Below, piece after piece: positions 16,650 to 27,600 of a DNA stretch of 34,569 nucleotides. Source of the DNA: a virus (Duplodnaviria > Caudoviricetes); IMG/VR virus record IMGVR_UViG_3300037509_000105, positions 1 through 34,569 of that record; one strand, given 5' to 3'. The notes under the pieces are model-generated. The model did not search any database. It had not been told where the DNA came from and saw nothing but the letters and a program-made list of their open reading frames with translations. A program made the translations under genes and the position numbers. How positions within the stretch are numbered: position 1 is the stretch's first letter; every line of letters begins with the position of its first letter.

Positions 16650-19223
16650 ATGGAACTAACTCCCGTTCGTGTGCTGCCGCTGGTTTCGCCGTCGATCGGC
16701 GTTCGCGGCATGGTCAGTTCGCAGGACCCGGCGGCGTTGGGCCCGGGCACGTTCCCCTTGCTGGTCAATCTCCGCTTCTACTCCCGCACCTTGCGCGTGC
16801 GCTGGGGGGCGGTGAAGCTCACTTCGGCGGTGCCGGTGGCCTCGGCCTCGTTCCGGGGCGCGTGGTCGGGAAAGATGAACGGTGCGGACCTGATCCTGGC
16901 TGCCTACCGGGTGGCCGGCGCGACCCGGGTGTACTCGCTCAACCCATCCACGTACGTGTGGACGGAGATTACAGCCAGCGCCACGCGGTTCGCCACCGAC
17001 GGGTTTATTGGCTTCGCGGCGGTGCGGGACTCGTCCGTTCTCGGGGGTGTGGACTGCCTGGTGATGGGCAATGGCGCCGACTCGCCCCGGGTGTACTGCA
17101 ACACCGTCGCCGGGTCCGGCGCAGCCGCCGGGATCGCCAAGCACGATGCCATCACCGCGCCCGACCGGGCCACCCAGACGGCCATGGCGGCTTGCTGGTT
17201 GAAGGTCAAAGACGCCACGACTACCAACTACACGGCCACGGGCGGGCTGACGATGGCCGACACCGACCCATCTTCTACCACGGCCAACCAGATCCGGGTC
17301 CAGGTGACGTCGGGGACGGCGGTCGGCGCGACGGCCGAAGCGACCTTCACCAGTGCTTCCGATTTCAACGGAGGATCGGCCTTCTACCTCTCGGGCTCGC
17401 TCTGCTTCGCCTGCCAGAACGGGAGGGTCGACGACACGAGGTCCGTGTGGGACTACGTGGGCAAGGTTGAGGTGTGGGGCGCGCTCGGCGCGAGCCCAGC
17501 GGACTGGCACGTGGTCTGGGACGCGTCGTCCTCGGCCTACGCCACTCCAGCGACCTACCCGGTCGAGGCCGGTGACGACTTCGCGGCATACGTCAAGGCG
17601 TTCGACACCTCTCCGGCCGGGTCCGTTTCGAACATCACGAAGGTTCGCCTGACCGCCTCCGGCGCGCCGAGCTCGACCTTCAACGATTACATTAACAACG
17701 TGTTCTCGAGCGGGCTGGCCCCGGGCGATTCTCTCTACGCCGTCGCCTACTACAACGCCAGTTCCCGCGCGGAGTCGGTGGCGACGGTGGCGAGCCGGAG
17801 CGGGGGTACCCGCCTTTCCGCCATCGGGGGCACCGACTACTTTCCCGCCCGCGAGCTTCCGACCGCTTCGGGTCTGCGCTGCGTGGCGCGGATCCAGTTC
17901 CCCGACTCGGGCGACACGACGGTGACCCACGCGCTGGTTTACCGCTCCGACGCGGTGACGGACCCGGGGACGGGAGAGACGACCTACGGGCCGTTCGAGT
18001 ACTTGGGCGGCAACGGGCCGTTCTCCCTTCCTGGCAATCCGCTGGCGGGCACGCTCAACTCTAAGTACGACAACGGAACCGCCAAGGACCCGACGCGGAT
18101 CGCGCGGGACGAGGCTCACTTACCCATCCCCGCAGGCTTGCAACTTTTGACGGCGAACGACCGGCTGCTCGTCGGCGGACTGTCGTCGGCTCAGGGTGAG
18201 CTGTGGATCTCCGAGGACCGCAACCCGTTCTCGTTCCGCAAGGCGCTTCGGGTCGACGACTTCGGGGAGGCGGAGGCGGCTTCGCCCGTCTACCGAACCT
18301 TTCCGGGCGAGTCGGTGACGGCTTTGGTGAGGCTATCAGGGGTGCTTTCAGGCGTGGGCGCCGTGATGGTGATGACCGACCGCGCCACCTACCGGGTCAA
18401 CGGGTTCGACGCTCAATCGCTCTCTTTGGCGTCGGTGCTGGGCAACCGGGGCACGCTGTACCCGCGCACGGTCTGCGTCTACGATAATCGGGTCTGGTTC
18501 CTCGACAACGAAGGGCAGGTCCGGGTGGTGGACGGTGGTTCGCTGTCCGAACCCGTGACGTACGGCTTGGTGGACGACCGGCTTTCGCAGGGAGTGCTCA
18601 CCAACGCCTGCGCGTACGCGGCCTTCGACCGGTTCGAGGTCTTTTACCGCGGCGTGGACCCGGCGACGTCGGCGGCCGACTCCCCCAACCGGGAGGGGCT
18701 GTTCTTCGACGGGACGTTGGGGGACTCGCAGGGGTGGTGCCTCGATCGGTTCAGCGCCTTCGACGTGGCGGGCGTGCTCACCGTCGATTCCGCCAGCGGC
18801 CGAAAGGCGTACGCGTTCACCGAAACCGGGGACGTGTGGGAGCTGGAGCGGAAGGACCAGGCGTCCGAGGGGGGCTTGGCGATCCCGTTCCGGATCCACT
18901 GCGCGGAGTTGCACGAGGGGATGTGGCGTCCTCAGTACTGGGGCCGCATGGGCATCGTGGCCGACGCGGCTACCTCAACGCTCCTCACCACCGAACTCCA
19001 CACGCCTTACGACGGGGTGACTACTCCCGGCGTGTTCGCCCTTGGAGCGGCGACGTCGGAGGCGTTCACGTGGAACCACCGGGGCGCGAGCGATTACGCT
19101 CCGGTGGGGGTTTCGGGGGTGTCGTGCCAACCCAAGGTCTACGGGGCGCTGAGCGGCGGCAAGCGCATCCGGTCCCTCGTGATCGAGACTCGCGAAGGAG
19201 GCCAGGGTGCTACGACCCTCTGA
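16650..19223 (+). CDS. Tail nozzle / tubular protein B-like (packaged-DNA stabilisation)
   Basis: ~857 aa beta-propeller-like (NDRL, LWISE, GTLYPRTV..WFLD); ATG 16650 preferred over TTG 16602. Confidence 0.7.
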   Translation: MELTPVRVLPLVSPSIGVRGMVSSQDPAALGPGTFPLLVNLRFYSRTLRVRWGAVKLTSAVPVASASFRGAWSGKMNGADLILAAYRVAGATRVYSLNPSTYVWTEITASATRFATDGFIGFAAVRDSSVLGGVDCLVMGNGADSPRVYCNTVAGSGAAAGIAKHDAITAPDRATQTAMAACWLKVKDATTTNYTATGGLTMADTDPSSTTANQIRVQVTSGTAVGATAEATFTSASDFNGGSAFYLSGSLCFACQNGRVDDTRSVWDYVGKVEVWGALGASPADWHVVWDASSSAYATPATYPVEAGDDFAAYVKAFDTSPAGSVSNITKVRLTASGAPSSTFNDYINNVFSSGLAPGDSLYAVAYYNASSRAESVATVASRSGGTRLSAIGGTDYFPARELPTASGLRCVARIQFPDSGDTTVTHALVYRSDAVTDPGTGETTYGPFEYLGGNGPFSLPGNPLAGTLNSKYDNGTAKDPTRIARDEAHLPIPAGLQLLTANDRLLVGGLSSAQGELWISEDRNPFSFRKALRVDDFGEAEAASPVYRTFPGESVTALVRLSGVLSGVGAVMVMTDRATYRVNGFDAQSLSLASVLGNRGTLYPRTVCVYDNRVWFLDNEGQVRVVDGGSLSEPVTYGLVDDRLSQGVLTNACAYAAFDRFEVFYRGVDPATSAADSPNREGLFFDGTLGDSQGWCLDRFSAFDVAGVLTVDSASGRKAYAFTETGDVWELERKDQASEGGLAIPFRIHCAELHEGMWRPQYWGRMGIVADAATSTLLTTELHTPYDGVTTPGVFALGAATSEAFTWNHRGASDYAPVGVSGVSCQPKVYGALSGGKRIRSLVIETREGGQGATTL

Positions 19224-19710
19224 CACCGACCGGATGGCGGCGCTCGAGGCGGCGGTGCGGTCCCTGCAAGAGCAGCCCCGGCCGTCTCGAAAGCAGGTCC
19301 GAAGGACCACGACGGTCACGAACAACGTCACCGAGGCCGATCCTTCTTTCGGGTTCGTGGTCATCGCGCCGGTGGTGCTTCTGACGACGGACCCGGAACC
19401 GGTCACTCCCACAACAGCGACGACCCTCGACGTTTCGGCCTACGTGCCCGAAGGAACGGCCTGGGTGCTGCTGGACGCCTACGCCCGCGATACCGGGGCG
19501 AACAACGACGACGTGGAGCTCAACGTCCGCGCCGATTCTTCCGGCCACTGGTGGCGGGTGCTCAAGTTCCGATCTGTGGCCACGGAGTACTCCGGGCAGC
19601 AGGCGAGCCAGGTGCTCTGCCCGGTTTCCGACGGCCTTACCATCGACTACCAGGTCACGCTCTCGGGGTTCGCCAACCTCGAGCTCCGGCTGATCGCCTA
19701 CCACCCGTAA
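19207..19710 (+). CDS. Putative small tail protein
   Basis: N-terminal coiled coil; LDVSAYVPEG beta domain. Confidence 0.65.
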   Translation: MLRPSDTDRMAALEAAVRSLQEQPRPSRKQVRRTTTVTNNVTEADPSFGFVVIAPVVLLTTDPEPVTPTTATTLDVSAYVPEGTAWVLLDAYARDTGANNDDVELNVRADSSGHWWRVLKFRSVATEYSGQQASQVLCPVSDGLTIDYQVTLSGFANLELRLIAYHP

Positions 19711-19722
19711 AGGAGATTCCCT

Positions 19723-20472
19723 ATGTCTTGGCTCAGTGAAGGCTTCGGCCTCAAGTCCGCGCTCGCCCCCGCCAACGGCACCCTCGCGAAGTCCCAGCAA
19801 CTGGGCTTCCGGGAGGTCGCCGACCGGAACCGCCCGCTCCTCGACCAGCAGCGGGGCCAGATGGGTAGCGAACTCGAGTTCGCGAACTCCCTCCAGCCCC
19901 AACGTCAGCAGGCGGTCCAGAGCCTGATCCACGCCCTCAGCCAGCGCCAGGATTATCAAGGGATGGCCGACCGCATGGGCGCGGGCGTGCTGGCCAACGC
20001 CAACCGTACGGCCGCGAACGCGGACCTGGTGAACCGCTCGATGGGCTTAGGCGAGGGTGCGCGGGCGGGTGCGGTGAACGGGGTGAACCAGATGGCGTCG
20101 CGCCAGATGGGCGCGGTGCAGCAGCGCTACCTCGATCCGATGATGCAGCAGCGGGAGCGCCAGCAGAGTCTCTTGCAACTCCTTCAAGTGCTCCAGGAGG
20201 CCCAGCGAGTCCCCTCGATGGACAGCTACAGCCAGCTCTACGGCATGTACATGGGTCAGCCACGAGTCCAGGTCCAGCAGAGCCCGCTTGCGGGAATCCT
20301 CGGCCGGGTCGCAGGTATGGCGGTGGCGGGCCCCATGGGCGCTCGGGCGGGCGGAGCGTTGGGCGGGGCGCTGACCCAGCAGCAGACGCAGCAGCAGATG
20401 CCTGACTTCAACAACATGGGCGATGACTTTGGGAAGATGATCGCAGGCATCAACTTCAGGTGGCCGCGCTGA
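19723..20472 (+). CDS. Putative ejection / internal virion protein
   Basis: AAGGAG RBS; Q/G/A/M-rich with a glycine-zipper GMAVAGPMGARAGGALG. Confidence 0.65.
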   Translation: MSWLSEGFGLKSALAPANGTLAKSQQLGFREVADRNRPLLDQQRGQMGSELEFANSLQPQRQQAVQSLIHALSQRQDYQGMADRMGAGVLANANRTAANADLVNRSMGLGEGARAGAVNGVNQMASRQMGAVQQRYLDPMMQQRERQQSLLQLLQVLQEAQRVPSMDSYSQLYGMYMGQPRVQVQQSPLAGILGRVAGMAVAGPMGARAGGALGGALTQQQTQQQMPDFNNMGDDFGKMIAGINFRWPR

Positions 20473-21668
20473 TGAGCCAGATCGCGCACAACCTTTTCAA
20501 TCTGTTCTCTCAGTCGCTCCGCCCTGGGGGCACGGGTGTTACCGGGCTCTCGCCGTCGGTTGGCGCTGACCGGGGCTTCCGTTCGTTCGGCGGCACGTCG
20601 TACGTGACCGAACCCTCTCCCGAGGCCACTACGGCGTTCGCGCCCCAAGACCCGGTTCTCCCGCCTCCGAACCCGCTGGAGGAGCTTATCGGGCAGCTAC
20701 AGTCATCCTCGCGGTTCGACCAACAGGCGCAGGAAGACTATCAGAAGGCGGCGGCGATGCGGCGGCAGGCGTACCAGACACCGGTGCCTCGCCCCGTCCA
20801 GCCGGCCTTCCGATCCATGGATCTATTGGGCTTGCTCGGCGCGTTCGACCCGTCGGGGCAGTTCCTCCAGGGCTTCATGGGCGCAAAGCAGGCCAAGGAC
20901 GACCAGGACACCCAGTACGGCCAGCAGGCGTTCCAGACGCGGCAGCAGGGGCTGCTGAACGAGGCGGAGCAGCACGACCGGATGGGCGCTCTGGCGAGGC
21001 AGCAGGGGCAGGACGAGCACGCCCGGGTGATGGACCGCGTCAACCTTGCGTGGAGGCGCCAGCAAGAAGCCGAGGAGAATCGGCGCTGGGACACTGGTCA
21101 GCGCAATCAGAACTTCCGCTCCATCCTGGGGGACCTCGGCAACGTCACCAGCGAATCGCAGATCGAGGGTATCAAAGCCGTCGCAAAGTCCATGGGCATC
21201 GAGAAGGACCCCGCTCAGTTGCAGTGGGCGCGGGACGGGATGAGGGACCGGAAAAACCGGGAGGCGGCCTTAAGCTTGGCTCCGCGTCTGATCAGCGCGA
21301 TCTCAAAGGACGGAGCGGCGGCGGCACGGGGCATCCAGGGCGACACGCTGTTGCGGATTCTGGAGAAGTACCCGGAAATCGTGCCCGACGCGGTTTGGCT
21401 CAGGACCCAGGTGGAGGAGCTACGCAGGAACACGCCCCAAGAGACCAAGACCCTTGGGGAGACGACGGGGGTTCCGGCGAATCCGGCCAAGACCACGGCG
21501 CCGACCGGCCGCAGCCGACCGTTGACTAAGGCCGAGCGGCCCCTTGGCACCCTTCCGGCGGCGGGGCCTAACGGCCAGAGCGTCACGGTGCGGGCTCAGC
21601 CCTCCAGGTCCGGCCGACAGGTCAAGCTCCCTAGCGGCGCGACCGTCACCATCGGGAGGCCCCGATGA
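20472..21668 (+). CDS. Putative ejection / internal virion protein
   Basis: TGATG coupling; Q-rich helical protein with FLQGFMG. Confidence 0.65.
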   Translation: MSQIAHNLFNLFSQSLRPGGTGVTGLSPSVGADRGFRSFGGTSYVTEPSPEATTAFAPQDPVLPPPNPLEELIGQLQSSSRFDQQAQEDYQKAAAMRRQAYQTPVPRPVQPAFRSMDLLGLLGAFDPSGQFLQGFMGAKQAKDDQDTQYGQQAFQTRQQGLLNEAEQHDRMGALARQQGQDEHARVMDRVNLAWRRQQEAEENRRWDTGQRNQNFRSILGDLGNVTSESQIEGIKAVAKSMGIEKDPAQLQWARDGMRDRKNREAALSLAPRLISAISKDGAAAARGIQGDTLLRILEKYPEIVPDAVWLRTQVEELRRNTPQETKTLGETTGVPANPAKTTAPTGRSRPLTKAERPLGTLPAAGPNGQSVTVRAQPSRSGRQVKLPSGATVTIGRPR

Positions 21669-24600
21669 GCCCGAAGGTGCTGACGTTCGACATCGACGGC
21701 CACAGGGTTCCCGTGCAATGGAGCGAACCGCGCGACCCTACGGCCGATGAACTGGAGGCCATCGAGCGGGAGGTGCGGGAGACCGTGCCCAAAGCGCCGA
21801 AGTCCCGAGGTCCGAAGCCGCGGGCCCTCAAGCCCGCAGCGACGCTCGACCAGCTCCGCACCCGCAAGGGGGAGCTGGAGGCGACCGTGCGCCAGATGGA
21901 GGTCGCGGGCCGAACCGCGAAGTTCCAGCGGGTGGAGCTGGCGAACGTCTACGGGCAGATGCGCGAGATGCAGCCGCCCCGGCCGAAGCCAGCGACTGCC
22001 ACGTCACCGACGTACAACGGGCGTCTCCACCGTGCGTTCACGGTCAGGCCCGGGGCCAATGTGAACCGGCTTACCGACGAGGCCAAGAGCGTGCTTTACG
22101 ACGTGGGCGAGTACGTCCACAAACTCGGCGGCCGCGCGATCATTACCAGCGGCAAGCGGAGCGGGAGTATCCCGTCCCATCACAACGACGGCAATGCGGT
22201 GGACCTGGTGCTGCACGGGCTGGACATGCAAGGGATCGCGGATCGGCTGCGGGCGATGGGCTACCGGGCGGAGTTCGAGCGCAAGGGGCAGGTCAACCCC
22301 AACGGCTCGGTTTCCACGGGCGACCACATCCACATCAGCCTGCACCGACCCTCCGGGAGGAAGCGGGGCGACGGCTCCATGCTGCGCCCGCCCGCGGACA
22401 TGCGCCACGCCAAGCCGCGGGTCCGCAACGTCAAGTACGATCCCGACCCGCTGGCACTGCTCCGGGAACTCGACACCCCCGAGTCCAGGGCCAAGGGGCA
22501 GGCGTGGGCCGACGAGTTGAGCAAGACCCTCGGATTCGGCAAGAAACCCGACGCTAAGAGACCCGTCGCCAAGGAGCCCCTGAAGAACCTTACCGGTGCG
22601 AAGTCTCCGGGGCTCCTGGCGATCGAAGCCTACTTTAGGGGCCAGCCGAAGTCTCCCGCCCCGGATGGGCCGGCACCGCTCCACCCGTACTACCGGATGC
22701 GGGAGGCGGCGAAGAGGGACGCTGGCGAGAAGCGCGAGGCCGCACTGGAGGCGGTGCGCACGATGAAGGGCCACCCTGCCTACGTCGGCAGCGACGCGGA
22801 AGCGCTCGACATGGCGACGGCCTACGGCTCGGTGAAGGCGCCCAACACCCGCAAGACCAGCTTTGAAAGCGGGGTCAATAGGGCGCTGAGGGGGGGCGAG
22901 AAGGTTTTCGGCGGCATCGCCACGTCCGCCTTCCCCGGCGGCATCACCCGGAACCTGACCCCCGACCAGCGGGAGCGGCTCGCCATGCAGACCGGCGCGG
23001 GACTGGGCATCCTTCCCCTCGGCGGCATTAGCGACGCCATGCCGTTCATCCAAGCGATCCGGACGGACGACGAGACGCCGATCTTGGACGCGATCAGGGA
23101 GACGAAGGATTCCCTGAACCTCGGGGATCCTAAGAAGACTCCCTACGAGAAGTTCGTCAGTGCCGTTTCCTTGGGCATGCTCAGTCTGGGCTTGGCGCAC
23201 GGGGCCAGGACCGCGCTGCGCCTGGGCAAGCGGATCAAGGTGGAGCCCGGAAAGGGGCTGGTCGACCTTGAGGGATACTTGGAGGACACGAAGGTGCGGG
23301 CGGCGTTGCAGGACGCGGGCGTCTCGCCCGACGAGGTGTCCGCCGCCATCAGGGGCGGATACGGCGCGAACGGGACCCAGGTTCCCGGCAGTCGCCGGGC
23401 GGCCTTTGAGAGCGCCCTCGTCCGCAAGGCGACGGAGGCGGGAATACCCAAAGCGCAGGCCGTCGCGGTCACCAAAGCGTGGCGCAGGGTGGCGCAGACG
23501 TGGGCGGCCAACACCGGCAACTCCATCGACGACGCCTACGCGAGAGTGGCGCGGATCACCTTGGACGAGGACGCGCCCAAGGGGGCGCTGTTCCAGATCA
23601 TGACGGCCCGCGAGTCCGACATGGTCAGCCCAGAGGCGATCGAGCAATGGCTATCGAAGGCGGGCAAGAAGAGCGGCGAGACGATCAAGGTTGGCGTTGC
23701 TCCGTACGACCGCACCGGAGTGGGGACCTACGAGAACGCCCGAACGGGGGCGACGGCCCCGATGCAGGGCGGCGCGGGGTTCGGCAAGCAGACCCACGAG
23801 GGTGCGGCACTCGCGTTTACCACCCAGGACAAAACGTCCGGAGCCAAGAAAGTGGTCGAGGACCACGGCACGGACGGCTACACACTTATCATTGGACAGG
23901 GTCGAAGCTCGGTCCTGACGAACACTCAGGCAAGCCGGAACGTGGTGGAGGAGATGAAAAGAGCCTCCGATGGCGTTGCGGCCCTCGAGCAGGGTTATTT
24001 GGACCGCTACAACAGCGCGTTCGACCCCAGGCACATCTCACCCGACATTCTGGAAGAGCACGCGATCAAGAACCCCCTAAAGCCACCCTCGGGGCCGGAG
24101 TTACAGAAGCTCGCGAAGGGTTGGACCCGCGACGTCGCCACCGTGCGCAAGTACGAGAAGCGGGAGACCCGTCCGGGCAAGTTCGAGTCGGTGCTTAAAG
24201 AGGAGAGGGAGGTCGTGTACCTGCGGCCCCCGATTGCCCGGTCGTGGGACGACGTTCTGCGCGACGCGCGGGACCTGACGTACCCCGTGCGCGGGGTGTT
24301 GCACGACAAACTGCTGCCGAAGGCGAAGCGCGAGCAGCTCGGGAAGAGCCCAGCCCATTACGACGAGGTGTACGACAACATGGTCGAGCCTATCTTCGAC
24401 ATTGGGGAGACGGGCGACATCATGGGACTCGTCCGCCAGGATGGGAGGTACGGAAACGACGGGCTGGCGCTCGGGGTCGCCGATGGGAACCACCAGAGCT
24501 ATCCCTGGATGGCAACGGGGGAGCACCACGGCATGATCGCCTCGAAGCCGGGGGAGGGGATCAACCTCTACGACATCGTGGTCCCTAGCCAGCGGAAAGA

Positions 24601-27600
24601 GGTCTACGACGCAGCGGTAAAGAACGCCGGGGGAAAAGTACCGACGCGCAAGCAGATCGGCGGCCAGGTGCTGCGAGTACTCGGTAGGAGTGGGTGGGCC
24701 GAGCTGCCCGTCGATGCGATCGAGAGGATCGGGTACTACCTGGAAGATGCAAAATCTAGGCGAGGATCTATCGGAGACGGACAAGGAGTGGCTGGCCAGG
24801 AACTGGGCCGCTATTCCCCTACCGATCCGCGACTTGATCGAGGACTCGCTCGGGTTCGAGACGAGGAACGAGGTGGTGTCGATGGCCCTCAACCCGCGCC
24901 TGATGGAGCCGGTTCCACCACCCTCCACCAGCGCGCCGACGGAGTAGTCAAGGCCGCCGTCACTTTGGACGAGGCGGAGCGGGCGGTCCTGCACCTCTTC
25001 ACGGGCAAGACCGACGTCTCTTCCCTGCTGCACGAGTCGTTCCACGTCTGGCGCAGGATGCTGCCGGAAGCGGACCTCGCGATCCTCGAGAAGCACTTCG
25101 GGGACGTCCGCTCCGTCAAGGCGGAGGAGGCCTTCTCGCGCGCCGGGGAGCGCTACCTGCGCGACGGCAGGGCCCCCGACCCCGAGCTCCAAAGGCTCTT
25201 CGACCAGTTCAGCGGTTGGCTCAGGGGCGTCTACGCGAAGCTGAAGGGAAGCCCGCTGGAGGCGGAGGTCCACCCCGACGTGCGGGGCGTCTTCGACCGG
25301 ATGTTCGGCGGCGAGGATGCGCCCGCAAAGGCGAAGGGGCAGAGGCCCGCGAAGTCAGTCGGGCCCGGAGAGGGCGGCGGTGCGCTCAGCCTGGCATTGC
25401 CGACAGGCCACGTCGACCCGAGGACGGGCAGGGCGCTGGACGACCTCGTGCCCGACGGGGCAGAGCCGCCGCCACCCGGCGGCGCACCCGATCCGACGGT
25501 AGGAGCCCAGGCCAAAGACCTGGGCTCTTCCATTTTGGAGCCCGATCCTCTGCCGGAGGCGGCCCCTGGGCGGGGCGGCGGCAACCGGGTCTTCACCCAG
25601 GAGTCGTACCTTGCCGCCAAAGAGCGGATCCGGCGGCGGCGGGGCCGCGCGGCGGCCGGCGTCGATCCGGAGGAACTCCGGGACTGGGCCATCGTGGCGG
25701 GTCATCACGTGGAGTCGGGTCTTCGCGAGTTCGGCGCCTGGTCGAGGGCGATGGTCGACGAGTTGGGAGAGCGGGTCCGGCCCCACCTCGACTCGCTCTG
25801 GAAGCGGGTGAGCGAAACGCTGGACGACCACCGCCGGATGGCCGAAGAGGACGCGGAGTTGGCGCGCGCTCGCGGTGCCGGTGGTTCGGGACCGGTTCGA
25901 GCCGTGCCGGACGAGGAAGGCTTCATGCCTTTCCGCGAGTTCGACGATATCCCCAAGGATGAACTGTGGCCCCACGCCCAGAGGGCGGCCGAGCGACCGA
26001 TCACCGTACGCCTCGATCATTTTCCAGAGGAGGTGGGCTACGAGGCCTACAAGGCCGCTCAGAAGGATGCTGAGAAGTATTTCAAAGCCCATTTAGACAA
26101 AGAGTGGGTTAGGGTTCCCGGATTCGGCAGGGTTCACTTCAGCTCAGCCACGTGGGAGAAGTTAGCCAGAGGAAACTTCACGACCTTCAATCTGATCCCG
26201 GAGATCCCGAGGCTCCTTCGAGCGGCCCAGTACATGTGGAAGGAGAGAGCCAAGCGGCCGGAGGGAGGTTACTGGATTGGAGCGCACCGGCTCGTCGTGC
26301 GCGTGAAAACGCCGAAGGGGGACTTCAACGTCTGGATCGTCGTGCGCGAACCCTCAGACGGGAGGTTCTACTACACGCACTTCTACACGGATGCGGATGC
26401 CCGTTGGTTTGGAAATCTCGGAGACATGCCCGAAGGGCACCCATCCCGATCGTCAACGGGCACCAATGATTCTACACGATCAGAGGATGCGGCGGGGCTC
26501 ACGGATGAGGCCGGAAGGCAACGAGGTCCCGACGACGGCCCCGAAGGTCCGGGCACCGGCGGGGGTGCGTCCTCTATCGCGCAGAAAGCCGAGGCCGACG
26601 GTGTCAAAGGCGCGGAAAGGGCGCTTTCTGCCCTTGAAGACCTCTTCCGTAGCGATGGAAATGGGCCTAGAATAGTTAAAGAAGGCGGAAGCGAGTATGA
26701 GGGACGAGAAGGAAGCTACCGGCGACGAGAAGGCACCAACCCCGAGCAAGAGCGAATCGCCCGCGGAGAACTTCTCGCTCTTCTACATCGAAGAGCTTCC
26801 GTTCTGGCCCGCGCCATTGCGCGGAGAGCCGTCGGAGAAGGAGGAGACGCCCTCCTCCACCAGCGAGTCGAGTCCCCCGAAGACGTAGCCACCCTCGCCC
26901 AGATCGTGAGGAACGCCCAGTGGGAGGTGTTCCGATACCTGTTCGTCAAGGACGGCAAGGTAGTCCACGAGTCGGCCGTTTCCGCCCGGCTTCCGGGTGC
27001 GACCCAGGTCTTCGTCAAGGACGACCTGCGTGAACTCGCCCAGTGGGTCCGTGGGCTAGTCGAGAAAACTGGCGCGGATACAATTTGGGCGCTCCACAAC
27101 CACCCGAGCGGTCGCGCGAACCCGTCCCCACAAGACATTGACGTGACTCGGAAGATCACTGCCTTGATCCCCGAGATCAAGGGCCACGTGATCATCGACT
27201 CCAACGAGTACGCAGTCATCCAACGGGATGGGACATCTGAGGTGATCGCCAAGGACTTCCACCACGGAGGCCCCGATCCACTCCACACGCCGGCGGTGCC
27301 TCACGTGGCTCTAGGGCGACAGATGCGGAGTGTGGCCGATGTCGCCGAGACCGCGGCACTCTTCAAGCACCCAGAGGGCACATCGCTGCTCATCGGGCTC
27401 GACGCGGGCAGTCTCGTCCGGAGCGTGACCACTGTTCCGTCAAGGTTCCTCGAAGGAGACACCGAGCGGTTGCCAGCGTTCTTGCGCCGGTTCGGCCGAC
27501 AGACGGGGTCCGTCGCCATTTTCATCAGCGCAGAGCCGGCACTGTTCGACAAGATCGGAACGGATCCCGCCTTGGCCGATCGACTCGCTAAAGCAATTCG

